IMG/VR virus record: IMGVR_UViG_3300032327_000348 | Coordinates: 32,001-96,000 of that record | Length of the DNA stretch: 64,000 bases | Direction: 5' to 3' (one strand) | From: a virus | Taxonomy: Duplodnaviria; Caudoviricetes | In this document: positions 9,315-18,908 of the stretch, piece by piece | How positions within the stretch are numbered: the stretch's first letter is position 1 | Layout: the number at the start of each line of letters is the position of its first letter | Notes under the pieces: model-generated | Database searches by the model: none | What the model was told of the DNA's origin: nothing | Seen by the model: the letters and a program-made list of their open reading frames with translations, nothing else | Position numbers and translations under genes: made by a program

Positions 9315-10619
9315 TTATGCGCTATAATATACACCAAATTCAGTGGCTTTAACTGTAACATAGGAATTGCCGGCAGATGGAGCAGTAGTAACCTCAACAT
9401 AAATGCGGCTGGTTCCTGGATACCGTCCAGCAGTGTAACTACCTGGTGCAATTGAGTTGGTTGTAAGACTTTGACCAGTCACTACTAAATTTGGTTGATT
9501 GGCTATATTACTATCTTTAGTAACCAACAATTTAGTTATTTCAGTATAGGTATCATTGTTACCATCGTATTGAATAATTACTGTTAAATCAGTGGCAATA
9601 ACACTGTCATCAGTAGTCAAATAAATTATTTTCGGCGAATTTGCTTCTGCAATAATTTGTCCTGTTCCAGGAACAATATCTAATACGACACCGTCAATAC
9701 TTGTTCGTATTTGAGAGCCCGGGAAAGTTACTGCACCGGTGTTATCAAATACTAAATGTTTATAGTCAGCCGGGTCATTGGCACTAAAATTAGTTGTTAG
9801 AGTAAGTTGAGTATCTCCTATAATTTCACTTGAGGCAGCATGAATAATAACACTATTCCCACTATCACTCTTAAAGTTGAAATAATCAGTCCAGGCCGCA
9901 TAATCAGTAAGAGCACCGTTTGAAAATCTTGAAACAATGGCAGGATCATATCCTCCCTGTATAAATGTTATAGGATCACCTACCGGATAATAAGTGTGAT
10001 TGTTAGGGTCATTTGGGAACGTTAGAGTACCATCATCGCCAAAAGTCCAAACATTAGCATTGCCGGCTACACTCAGATTAATATTGCCATTTTCAGCAAG
10101 CGTTAGAGTAGTATTACCGGATATCAAGTTTGCTTGTAATCCTGTAGCACCGTTGACTTCTAAAATTCCGTCATTAACTGTAATTTCAGCAGTATTAGCA
10201 GTATTAGCACTGTCAGTAATATAGATAGTACCAGGACCTAACCACAAGTTCGCCCAACGATGCGTTTCGTCACCTAAAAAGTATGTGTTATCTGCTACAG
10301 GTATTACATTGGCAGTTGTAAATGTGTTATTAGCAAATGACAGATTTGCTGAAGCACCAAATAGATTACCACCAGCATTAAGTTGAATTGCACCAACTGC
10401 ACCAGCAGGTTCACTATTTCCAGAACCTCCTCCGGTATTGATTAGTTGTAGATTTCCGTTAGTATCACCGATATAGATATCGTTGTTATTAAGATTAACT
10501 ACTATTTCACCAGGACGAGCATTACCATCGTAGTTACTGATAGTCTCTTCCTGATTGTCTTTCATTATTGTTCTGGTAATACCAGTAATGTTTGCGTACG
10601 GTGGAGGTGGATTAGCCAT
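9315..10619 (-). CDS. Virion structural protein (tail-fibre/receptor-binding-like)
   Basis: G/N/T/S-rich and beta-rich. Motifs PGEIVVN, IP..DNTYFLGD.THRWANLWL and WTFGDDGTLTFP are typical of phage fibres. Late promoter upstream. The start is ATG 10619 or GTG 10631. Confidence 0.65.
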   Translation of the reverse strand: MANPPPPYANITGITRTIMKDNQEETISNYDGNARPGEIVVNLNNNDIYIGDTNGNLQLINTGGGSGNSEPAGAVGAIQLNAGGNLFGASANLSFANNTFTTANVIPVADNTYFLGDETHRWANLWLGPGTIYITDSANTANTAEITVNDGILEVNGATGLQANLISGNTTLTLAENGNINLSVAGNANVWTFGDDGTLTFPNDPNNHTYYPVGDPITFIQGGYDPAIVSRFSNGALTDYAAWTDYFNFKSDSGNSVIIHAASSEIIGDTQLTLTTNFSANDPADYKHLVFDNTGAVTFPGSQIRTSIDGVVLDIVPGTGQIIAEANSPKIIYLTTDDSVIATDLTVIIQYDGNNDTYTEITKLLVTKDSNIANQPNLVVTGQSLTTNSIAPGSYTAGRYPGTSRIYVEVTTAPSAGNSYVTVKATEFGVYYSA

Positions 10620-10663
10620 AAAAATACTCACTTGTTAGTGAGTATTTATCAAAGTTTTTAAAT

Positions 10664-11356
10664 TTATTTAATGTCTAACGGACGCTGTTTTGTAGCCAGT
10701 ATACAATAGTACTTTTCACTTGTTGTTACCATTTCATTATCTGTACCACTTGGGGTTTGAATATTAAACTCTAATACATTAAAGTAATTGATATCAAAGC
10801 CACATCGTGTCAACAATGCAGCCAACTGTTGTTCACCTAATATACTATAGTGATTCAAATTCCATTCATGCTTGCGGTCGCAGTTTGGAGCAGGAACTTC
10901 AATATAAATTTTGGCATTTTGTTTCAATACACGATTATATTCCATTAAACTAAAGATAGGATATGGACTATGTTCTAGTGCATGACGCAAGAAAATAAAA
11001 TCAATACTTTCGTCAAAGTAACCATCTTTTTGTGGTAGAAAACTTAAATCATACTTTGCAATTTTATGACCCTTTTCTTCACAAATCTTGATATCGCCTG
11101 GGCTTAATGTAACACCAGTAACATCTGTATACTCACGGGTTTTCATCTGGTCCAAGAAATATCCTGGACCACATCCTAAATCTAATATTTTACTATTTTT
11201 GGGTAGTTCAAGTGGGTCTATGTACTTTTCAACAACTTCTTTGGTGAGAGATTCATGCATTGGGCTGTTGCCCTCTTCATATATATGCTCAGTGTATAAC
11301 CATTCGTTGTAGAATTTTAATTTAATTAAGTCTAGGGTGTTGTTAATATCAATCAT
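10664..11356 (-). CDS. Class I SAM-dependent methyltransferase
   Basis: ILDLGCGPG motif I, D.IFLRHALEH, RVLK..KIYIEVP. Confidence 0.88.
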   Translation of the reverse strand: MIDINNTLDLIKLKFYNEWLYTEHIYEEGNSPMHESLTKEVVEKYIDPLELPKNSKILDLGCGPGYFLDQMKTREYTDVTGVTLSPGDIKICEEKGHKIAKYDLSFLPQKDGYFDESIDFIFLRHALEHSPYPIFSLMEYNRVLKQNAKIYIEVPAPNCDRKHEWNLNHYSILGEQQLAALLTRCGFDINYFNVLEFNIQTPSGTDNEMVTTSEKYYCILATKQRPLDIK

Positions 11357-11408
11357 TGAGATTCCTGTAATTTGATATAATTACTTATTCTCAAAACTGA
11401 CAGTGAAA

Positions 11409-11783
11409 TTATTTTCTCTTGTAACCTTTAAAGGGTTTTACTGTGCTTTGGGTGTTTACACCATCTACTTCTTTACTTTTTAGGTCACCGTGATTTAAGT
11501 CATGCATTTCACTACCTACAGCCTTGTATGCTTGTTTAAGCATTTTGGCTTCTATCTCGGTATAAGGATGAGCAGTATTGTAGCGACCACTATATGTTTC
11601 AGCATCTAGTTCAATTGGATTAACGCCGTCGGCACATGCAGTAGCCATCATAATACGATTAAGTTCATATGTGCGATCATAACCCCCTGGGTCACGGAAT
11701 TTGTGTAGTCCAACTGTTGCATTATTTTGACGTTGTGTTGGATTTGCTATTCTGCGCTCAGTTAAGAATTCATGTGCTCTCAT
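11409..11783 (-). CDS. Small protein, putative internal head protein (paralog of 11780..12175)
   Basis: Begins MRAHEFLTE and ends FKGYKRK. Confidence 0.7.
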   Translation of the reverse strand: MRAHEFLTERRIANPTQRQNNATVGLHKFRDPGGYDRTYELNRIMMATACADGVNPIELDAETYSGRYNTAHPYTEIEAKMLKQAYKAVGSEMHDLNHGDLKSKEVDGVNTQSTVKPFKGYKRK

Positions 11784-12175
11784 TTTCTCTTATATCCTTT
11801 AAATCCCTTTAAAGGACTAGTCTTATCTACATCAAGACTTTCTTCACTACTCGGAGTACTAATGAGTGTTTTCCCAACAACCCCTACTTCTCTCATAGCA
11901 TAGTCAATGTCTTTTTCTATATCGCCGTCCATATATGAAGATACGATCATGTTCTCTCCCCACGGAGTCTCTTTATCAAACTTATAAGCCGGTATACCAT
12001 CATTAGTACGTTCAACATGTCCACGTGCACCAGCCATAGCTACACCAAAACGATATTGTTTATAGAAATCATTATTAGGTAATCCTTGAATAGCATAGGT
12101 ACCCGGTATCGCTCGTGATACTTCTTGGCTTAATGCAATTCTTTGAGATTCATTAATAAATTCTTTCGCTCTCAT
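11780..12175 (-). CDS. Small protein, putative internal head protein (paralog of 11409..11783)
   Basis: Begins MRAKEFINE and ends FKGYKRK. Confidence 0.7.
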   Translation of the reverse strand: MRAKEFINESQRIALSQEVSRAIPGTYAIQGLPNNDFYKQYRFGVAMAGARGHVERTNDGIPAYKFDKETPWGENMIVSSYMDGDIEKDIDYAMREVGVVGKTLISTPSSEESLDVDKTSPLKGFKGYKRK

Positions 12176-12176
12176 A

Positions 12177-12890
12177 TTATGCGGCTTCAGTTGTAAGGTC
12201 TAGATTATCTTGAGTAGTCATTAGTGAATCATCATATCCATCTAGTTGTATATCCATACCACCTACAGTATCACCTAAGTATGTTATTTGCGCTGAAATA
12301 AAATGTAATAATACTTCATCAACAATTGGATTAACTAATAATCTAACATTCCCATCCAACACATTCATGTCATACCGTGTTAAAGCATTACCAAAAAAGG
12401 TAGTGCCGTATCCAGTAAACTTTACATTATTACTGTCATTTGATAGTTGTGCGGTTATTGTAATTTCTTGGCTATCAGGAGTACCGGTGTCACTGGATCT
12501 AATTTGAAAACTTGCTTGAGTGAATGTATTTGCAGGTGTTTCAAAAATAACTTGCTCAGGTGTATTACCTATTGAATATACTGTGTATGTAGTTGTACCA
12601 ACATAAAATAAATTGCTAAAGTTATTATTAATCTTTTCAAACGCAACTCGTAATGGATCACCTTGTCCATCGTTGGGTGTAGCACCTACATTGATGTATT
12701 CTTGGTTATTATAGGGACCGAGTGGCTGCTCAAAGGTTAACATTTTTGCAGTAGGGTCGGTCAATTCAACGTTTGTAGCGGGGACTATCGCAACCGAGTT
12801 TGCAAAATTGTTAGTAAACAATGATTGTTGTAACGGATCAATAGAACTGTTACTGGGTACTAAACCCGTATCAATAACTTCTTGTGTCAT
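12177..12890 (-). CDS. Baseplate/fibre protein with a T4 gp9/gp10-like motif
   Basis: INVGATPNDGQGDPLRVAFEKINNNFSNL matches the gp9/gp10 N-terminal signature. Late promoter upstream. Confidence 0.7.
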   Translation of the reverse strand: MTQEVIDTGLVPSNSSIDPLQQSLFTNNFANSVAIVPATNVELTDPTAKMLTFEQPLGPYNNQEYINVGATPNDGQGDPLRVAFEKINNNFSNLFYVGTTTYTVYSIGNTPEQVIFETPANTFTQASFQIRSSDTGTPDSQEITITAQLSNDSNNVKFTGYGTTFFGNALTRYDMNVLDGNVRLLVNPIVDEVLLHFISAQITYLGDTVGGMDIQLDGYDDSLMTTQDNLDLTTEAA

Positions 12891-12917
12891 TATAATTCCT
12901 AGACTATAATGTATTTA

Positions 12918-13178
12918 TCAGAAGCCTAGCCAATTCTTCTTTGGTGGTTCAATGATGATGGGATTTTTACTACGTTGTATCTCTTGTAATGCTCTTATTG
13001 CTTCTAATTTAATTTGATTATCTGAACTTTTTGTCATTTCAACTAATATTGAAATACGTGCGGCTTCACTTACAGTAGCATCTCTACTTATTGATTTTTG
13101 TGCGTCTAGGTACAACTCAAAATCTTTGTTGGTAGCGCAACCAACTAATAACATACTCAATAATATTAAATATTTCAT
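12918..13178 (-). CDS. Predicted lipoprotein
   Basis: Signal peptide MKYLILLSMLLVG|C with lipobox. Confidence 0.75.
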   Translation of the reverse strand: MKYLILLSMLLVGCATNKDFELYLDAQKSISRDATVSEAARISILVEMTKSSDNQIKLEAIRALQEIQRSKNPIIIEPPKKNWLGF

Positions 13179-13187
13179 AATATACTA

Positions 13188-13448
13188 TTATTTTACACTA
13201 TCAAATATCTTTTTCTGTTCATTATACCAATCTTGCCATCCATCTACCTTAGTAGAACATTCGTGGTATAGTGAATAATTATAAACAATGACCTTGAGCA
13301 TATCGGTTATAGCCACTTTATCACCTTCAATCTTTTTAAGACTTTCGCAACTTTTCATTAGTTCCGGAGTTGCATTAGGAAATTTTTGAGTTACTGGTAC
13401 TGTCGTACTGCATCCTGCTAGTAATAAAGCAATTAATACATATTTCAT
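13188..13448 (-). CDS. Outer-membrane lipoprotein, o-spanin (Rz1-like) candidate
   Basis: Lipobox LLAG|C, Pro-rich linker, two further Cys. ATGA overlap with the upstream membrane/coiled-coil gene. Confidence 0.65.
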   Translation of the reverse strand: MKYVLIALLLAGCSTTVPVTQKFPNATPELMKSCESLKKIEGDKVAITDMLKVIVYNYSLYHECSTKVDGWQDWYNEQKKIFDSVK

Positions 13449-13903
13449 TTTGTTGCCGCCTTATTTAATTCAGTAGCCTGATTGTGCAAATCTATAATTT
13501 CTTTAGGCACTGGACAGTTTTCGATATATTTGACAATTTCTTGATTCTTAATTACTTCTCTATCAACATATTGTATAATGTTTTTGCTCTTTTCACGTAT
13601 AACTTTGGTCTTTTCAACAATTTTTTCTTGTATTTCTACATTTTTATTAGCCGATTTTGCTTCAGCTTGTGCTACCTTAGCTTCCATCTCTTTGACTCTA
13701 AGTTCCCACTCTTTGTAGTCTGCCAAACCTCCCTCAAGATATACACCTAAGACTAAAACTAACAGGCTTATGACCTGAATAGATAGTTTATAAGTTTTAA
13801 CAAAAGGAATGAATCCTAGGACGAATCCTGCGATTGTGCCCAAAATACCTAATCCAAAGATTATATGTATTGCGGCGTCGGGTAGTATTGATAGAATAAA
13901 CAT
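13445..13903 (-). CDS. Inner-membrane protein, i-spanin (Rz-like) candidate
   Basis: N-terminal hydrophobic helices, then a coiled coil and a C-terminal Cys (NCPVP). Late promoter upstream. Confidence 0.6.
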   Translation of the reverse strand: MFILSILPDAAIHIIFGLGILGTIAGFVLGFIPFVKTYKLSIQVISLLVLVLGVYLEGGLADYKEWELRVKEMEAKVAQAEAKSANKNVEIQEKIVEKTKVIREKSKNIIQYVDREVIKNQEIVKYIENCPVPKEIIDLHNQATELNKAATK

Positions 13904-13922
13904 AATACCCTTATTTATGCTT

Positions 13923-14996
13923 TTAATAGAATGATTTTACTTTATCTGCTATATATTGAACTTCGTTATCCGTCAATTCTGGATATATGGGAAGACTTAT
14001 TACACCCCTAGAAAGCATTACACTAGTGCTCAACATGTCAGGCTTTGATAAATTGTTAGTTGTAGGTAGATCACCTAATACATACTCATAATGAATCTTA
14101 CTGTCAATTCCGTCTGACAATAAATGTGTGTGCAAAGAATTTCTGTCAGGTAAATACATCACAAACTTTTGATGTGCGTGAGGGTCTGTTGTATCACTTA
14201 AACAAGTTAACGGTAGTTCTCTAAATTTGTCACACCAATACTTTGCTATCTCACCTCTACGCTTTTGCCATTCATCTATATACTTTGCTCTAACAAGAAT
14301 CTGAGCACAATCCTGCTCACTCATCTTACTATTAGTTCCTACGTCATGGAATGCAGGCTTGTTGTTATCTTTGTATGTTGCGGCGTATAGATATAGTTGT
14401 TCGTCGTTTGTGACAATGGCACCGCCGTTACCTGAACTAGGTAGATTCTTTGTAGGGTCAAAACTGATTGACATTCCACTACCTACCTCACCGTCACAAA
14501 CTAACCAGTGTTGTGCTCCATCTACGATTATTGCAGTTGCACTAGCATATCCTGCAATAGGCCAGGGTTTGCGACCACCATATCCCATAACACAAGTATA
14601 TCCTTTAAGGCTATTCTCTACGTCAATAATACCGTTCTTATCTGTATCAACTAAATCTACATCCCATCCTGCAGTCAGTAATGAGTTTAATGTTGCTGGA
14701 TAAGTTAAGTTAGGAATACAAATCTTAGGATTATTTTTAAATGTCTCTAAGTGTTTCTTTTTCTTGTATCTTGCAATAATCTCAAGTGCTTGTGTACCAC
14801 TATGAACTGTTACAGCATATTGTGTTTTAGTACGATGCTTTAGCCATTCTTCAAACGAGCGGGTATAATGTCCACCCACAAGCTGACCATCTTTAAGGGC
14901 ACGGTGAGTTGCGTCTAGTAACTCTTCACCAATGTTCTTATACTGTCTTGCTAATCCAAAATGGGGAACTTGACAACCAGGCATAATATCTTTCAA
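13923..14996 (-). CDS. DegT/DnrJ/EryC1/StrS family PLP-dependent sugar aminotransferase
   Basis: SGTQAL, IVDGAQ, SFDPTKNL (PLP lysine), GNGGAIVT, SLPIYPEL. Exact start uncertain. Confidence 0.92.
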   Translation of the reverse strand: MKDIMPGCQVPHFGLARQYKNIGEELLDATHRALKDGQLVGGHYTRSFEEWLKHRTKTQYAVTVHSGTQALEIIARYKKKKHLETFKNNPKICIPNLTYPATLNSLLTAGWDVDLVDTDKNGIIDVENSLKGYTCVMGYGGRKPWPIAGYASATAIIVDGAQHWLVCDGEVGSGMSISFDPTKNLPSSGNGGAIVTNDEQLYLYAATYKDNNKPAFHDVGTNSKMSEQDCAQILVRAKYIDEWQKRRGEIAKYWCDKFRELPLTCLSDTTDPHAHQKFVMYLPDRNSLHTHLLSDGIDSKIHYEYVLGDLPTTNNLSKPDMLSTSVMLSRGVISLPIYPELTDNEVQYIADKVKSFY

Positions 14997-15906
14997 ATCC
15001 TTCTTCTACGTCTACTTTAGGATCATACCCAAAATCTCTACGTGCGGCATCAATGTTCAATGCGCCTCGACTAGGAAAGTCTATATCTTTATCTTTAACT
15101 TCAATGGAACCTTTACCTGCAATCTTAACTGCTAGATTTGCAGCGTCTAACAAACTACGACTATGGCTCTTTGTAATATTATATGTCTTGTTGATTGTAT
15201 TAGGACTTAATCCGGCAGCAACAATACCATCTGCAGTATCCTGTACGTATGTGAAGTCTAGTGTTTCACTAGCACCATTAACATTTAATGTTCCTCCGCG
15301 CATTGCTGTAAGCATAAACTTAGCAATAACTCTATCTTCTATATCAAGTGGACCATATACTGCACTAGGGCGGATAATAGTGTAACTAAAACAATTACGA
15401 CGGCTGTAGTCTTTGACAAGGTGTTCTCCTGCTAATTTCATAATTCCATATTGACCCAGTGGCTTACAATCATAATCTTCTGTTACATTATCAGTGAAGT
15501 CACCATATACCATTGAACTGCTAATATATAAAAACTTAGATACATTATGTTTCTTTGCAGACTCACATAGATTCAGTAGTCCCTCCATCATTGTTCTTGC
15601 ACCGATTGCAGGGTTAGCATTAACAACTTTTTGACGAGGGAAACTAGCCATATGAATAATAATTGCGGGCTGATGTTTTTGTATCAACCAATCAATACTA
15701 TCACTACTGCTTATGTCAATGTTGTATATTTGTTCTGTTTTAATTTTCTTAAGACGTTCGGTCATTAGATAATCAATTTCATCTTGTGGAATAATTCCAT
15801 AATTAGTGCGAGTATCAGTAATGACAACATCGTGTCCCAATGATTCTAATTTACTAACTACATGATGTCCAATAAGCCCAAGTCCACCGGTTATTAAAAT
15901 TTTCAT
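14938..15906 (-). CDS. NAD-dependent nucleotide-sugar epimerase/dehydratase (extended SDR)
   Basis: MKILITGGLGLIG, ISSSMVYG, YGIMK (YxxxK), RPSAVYGP, DFTYVQD. Confidence 0.93.
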   Translation of the reverse strand: MKILITGGLGLIGHHVVSKLESLGHDVVITDTRTNYGIIPQDEIDYLMTERLKKIKTEQIYNIDISSSDSIDWLIQKHQPAIIIHMASFPRQKVVNANPAIGARTMMEGLLNLCESAKKHNVSKFLYISSSMVYGDFTDNVTEDYDCKPLGQYGIMKLAGEHLVKDYSRRNCFSYTIIRPSAVYGPLDIEDRVIAKFMLTAMRGGTLNVNGASETLDFTYVQDTADGIVAAGLSPNTINKTYNITKSHSRSLLDAANLAVKIAGKGSIEVKDKDIDFPSRGALNIDAARRDFGYDPKVDVEEGFERYYAWLSSSPFWISKTV

Positions 15907-16235
15907 TCGTATTTTAACTTCCAAAATGTTAATTGCTTATGTGTTAGATATGCTCTAATCTGATAAGTGTATCCATAATTGTACATATCATGATTACGAT
16001 GCCAACTAGGAGCAGGTAGAGAATTTTCCATTATCCACTTACCCGCTTCTGTTTGTTGCCACTCATATATAGGGTGTGCTACAAACAAGTCAGGATCTTC
16101 ACAATCACTAATTTTAATAGTGTGAACTACATGAGTAATAGATACCATTTCTTCCCCACTATCAGACAGTCGTATCTGATACTTAGGTCTAGTGAATTCA
16201 TCGTTAGACTGCCATTGTTGCTTTAATAGGGCCAT
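15903..16235 (-). CDS. Hypothetical protein
   Basis: 110-aa ORF coupled between thyA and the epimerase. Confidence 0.7.
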   Translation of the reverse strand: MALLKQQWQSNDEFTRPKYQIRLSDSGEEMVSITHVVHTIKISDCEDPDLFVAHPIYEWQQTEAGKWIMENSLPAPSWHRNHDMYNYGYTYQIRAYLTHKQLTFWKLKYE

Positions 16236-17109
16236 GACTTTGATAGTTTTCTAAATGAATATCTTGCATTGTCATTTCAAAGATGTTATTCTTTTGTATG
16301 TTTAACATCAATGTAGGCAATGGATATGTTTCACGTGTTAGTTGTTCTTTTACCTGTTCAATATGAGTTTTATAGATGTGAGTATCTCCTGTACTGATTA
16401 CAAGTTCTCCTACTTTCAAATCACAGTGATGTGCCAATAGATGTGTAAGTAATGCGTAACTAGCAATATTGAAGGGGAGGCCTAAAAAAACATCCACTGA
16501 TCTTTGATACATATGGCAAGATAGTTCACGATTTTTGTTGACATAGAATTGACTCATAACGTGACAAGGGGGCAAGGCCATTTCGTCTAACTCGCTCACG
16601 TTCCAGGCACTTAGAATGTGTCTGCGCCCATTAGGATCTTCAATTAATCCTTTAATGAGATTTGCCAATTGGTCGACTTCCGTCCTATCCACTGCGAGGC
16701 GTGTGCCGCCTTTGTGTGCCGGGCCCATGTCTTTTTCAACTGTGTCTTTGTTCCAATGACGCCACTGTACGCCGTAGATACGGCCAAGATCACCTTCGAA
16801 TTTTGCTTTGTGCTTCCAATACGGTGCTTCCGCATTTGGTGTCCAGATAGTAGTCTTTCCTTCCGTATTACCCTCACCGTGGGTAAGTTCTGCCAGTCTA
16901 CGGTCATCACTAGAGCCTTCAATAAACCAAAGAAGCTCACCGACGCAAGATTTCCATGCAAGTTTTTTAGTAGTGACTGCGGGAAAGCCCCTACGCAAAT
17001 CAAAGCGAATATGACGTCCAAAAACACTAATGGTGCCCACACCAGTTCTGTCATCTTTAATTTCCCCGTTATCTAGTATATCTTGTAATAATTCTTTGTA
17101 TTGTTTCAT
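16204..17109 (-). CDS. thyA: Thymidylate synthase ThyA
   Basis: DRTGVGT, ELLWF, GRIYG.QW, RRHILSAWN, LPPCH, YQRSVDVFLGLPFN, GDTHIY. Confidence 0.97.
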   Translation of the reverse strand: MKQYKELLQDILDNGEIKDDRTGVGTISVFGRHIRFDLRRGFPAVTTKKLAWKSCVGELLWFIEGSSDDRRLAELTHGEGNTEGKTTIWTPNAEAPYWKHKAKFEGDLGRIYGVQWRHWNKDTVEKDMGPAHKGGTRLAVDRTEVDQLANLIKGLIEDPNGRRHILSAWNVSELDEMALPPCHVMSQFYVNKNRELSCHMYQRSVDVFLGLPFNIASYALLTHLLAHHCDLKVGELVISTGDTHIYKTHIEQVKEQLTRETYPLPTLMLNIQKNNIFEMTMQDIHLENYQSHGPIKATMAV

Positions 17110-17130
17110 AATATATTATAGCATATTAAT

Positions 17131-17157
17131 AAAAAAAGCCCTGATTAATCAGGGCTT
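17131..17157 (-). terminator. Intrinsic terminator
   Basis: Palindrome AAGCCCTGATTAATCAGGGCTT running into a T7 tract on the minus strand. Confidence 0.8.
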
Positions 17158-17167
17158 ATTGATAAGA

Positions 17168-17464
17168 TTAAAGTTTGCCCAATAGTCTATCGGTTTCAGG
17201 TTGCACTGCATCTGCAATACTTTGCACATTAAGAACAAATTCAACACTTACTATCATGTCATCCAATTCATCTAATTTACGACTGACGGCATCTTCTATT
17301 TGGTCAGGATCTAGTCCTTGTTGTAGGAATTTTTGAATGTTGATAGTCTGTTGTTTTTTACCTTGAAGTTTAATAATCAACTTCTTAATAAACTCTATAG
17401 GTATCTTATTCTTTTCAACATCTTCAAGGATGTGTTCCCATTTTGAAATAAATTCTGGTGACAT
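17168..17464 (-). CDS. Hypothetical protein
   Basis: 98 aa, TAATG-coupled to the upstream gene. Confidence 0.75.
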   Translation of the reverse strand: MSPEFISKWEHILEDVEKNKIPIEFIKKLIIKLQGKKQQTINIQKFLQQGLDPDQIEDAVSRKLDELDDMIVSVEFVLNVQSIADAVQPETDRLLGKL

Positions 17465-18126
17465 TAGACAATAACTTTTGCTCTTGTTTTTCTTGCTTTA
17501 GTTGGTTTTGTTTCAATAGCAGGTTCAGGTATCACCGATGGATCGAGACTTTTAGCCTCATCCATCAAGCGTTGTGCTTCTGCTAGTAAACCTTTTGCTT
17601 CACGTTCCATTTTCTGTGCTTGTTCTAAACGTTGTGATGCTAGTGCCGCATCACCTAACAAGTCACCTGTTGGTGTTACTGGGTTCTGATTGCCGCGCAT
17701 ACGACGGACAACATCAGCCGGATCTTGTAATCCGCGACTGTTATCTAGTTCTTGCAAACGCTTGACTGCACTTTCACCTTGTTGCATTTCATCTAGAATT
17801 GTATTCAATTCATCTAAACGAATAGTTTGATTTGGTGAAGGTGTCATCAAAATTTGAGTTGTTTGAACTTTTTTTAGTTGGCCCTCAGCGTGTAACACTT
17901 GTAAAATGATTCTACCGTCTTTGGTATGAGTACGATTTAATGCATCTGCTAAATGCTCGCTGTTTTGACCAATATCACTTTCAATACATTTGATTAGTGG
18001 GTCATGTATGTGTTGGTTAAGAAGTTCTGTATAAGTAACCAAACACATATGTGGCTCTCCCGGTACTTCTCGGAATACGACTGCAACCTTACGATCACCC
18101 TGTTTCCCTACATGTCGTGTAAACAT
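17464..18126 (-). CDS. Hypothetical protein with a C-terminal coiled coil and basic tail
   Basis: 220 aa, AGGAG SD, late-promoter-like TTAAATA at 18155-18161. Confidence 0.8.
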   Translation of the reverse strand: MFTRHVGKQGDRKVAVVFREVPGEPHMCLVTYTELLNQHIHDPLIKCIESDIGQNSEHLADALNRTHTKDGRIILQVLHAEGQLKKVQTTQILMTPSPNQTIRLDELNTILDEMQQGESAVKRLQELDNSRGLQDPADVVRRMRGNQNPVTPTGDLLGDAALASQRLEQAQKMEREAKGLLAEAQRLMDEAKSLDPSVIPEPAIETKPTKARKTRAKVIV

Positions 18127-18252
18127 ATTAATCTCCTATCGTATATGTTAAAGATATTTAACTGATGTCAGTCAATCAAATATTTTTATTTGACTGTATA
18201 AGGTTCGTACAGGGAGAATTTAGTGTTTTTTGGGCATTTACATTTTAGTAAA

Positions 18253-18501
18253 TTATGACCATTTTAATTCAAAAAGCATGGCTTCTTTGGGATCTTCAAA
18301 ACTAATAGTTCCCATTGACCCATTGGTGATTAATAAAAAATCATATGCTTCTATAATAGAAAATCTACCACGTAATTTATTCAATACCCATTGTTTTGAT
18401 TCTTCTGTTAAAGGCGTAGTAGATGTGACAAAATGAACCGGAGGATAGTCTAATTGTCGTTCGGCAAACCATACTATGGGATCAACTTTATATTCTATCA
18501 T
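18253..18501 (-). CDS. Hypothetical protein
   Basis: 82 aa, ATGA-coupled, ends FEDPKEAMLFELKWS. Confidence 0.7.
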   Translation of the reverse strand: MIEYKVDPIVWFAERQLDYPPVHFVTSTTPLTEESKQWVLNKLRGRFSIIEAYDFLLITNGSMGTISFEDPKEAMLFELKWS

Positions 18502-18908
18502 TTAGTCAACATGTCTAACATTTTATATTTTTCATATGCATCCACTACTGCCAAATTTGTATTTTGATTAGTGGGCACAACTTGCATCCACAATCCATCT
18601 AATCTTGCAGGATGACGATACGAATAGTCAGTATCTGCATATACTCTGGGTTGGTGAATTTTTCCACTATGCCACAATCTTTCAGCAAGTTTAACTACTT
18701 CTTCTAAAGGATAACTATCCAATTCATATTGTTCAGGATCACGAGAATGGGGATTGCCCTGAGCATGGTACGCCTCTACCACTTTAATATAATCTTCAAA
18801 GGTAGGACAATTTGTTCGTGTTACAATGAACATAACATTATCTTCGGACACTTCGTCTGTCATAAGGCTACGTAAACAACCACCAAGGCTTGTACCAATA
18901 TACATCAT
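18498..18908 (-). CDS. Hypothetical protein
   Basis: 136 aa in a coupled operon. Confidence 0.75.
   Translation of the reverse strand: MMYIGTSLGGCLRSLMTDEVSEDNVMFIVTRTNCPTFEDYIKVVEAYHAQGNPHSRDPEQYELDSYPLEEVVKLAERLWHSGKIHQPRVYADTDYSYRHPARLDGLWMQVVPTNQNTNLAVVDAYEKYKMLDMLTK

Noticed and set aside
16204-17109. ThyA as a dCMP hydroxymethylase for DNA hypermodification
   Set aside because: It keeps the dUMP-specifying Asn (GLPFN) and the canonical ThyA motifs.
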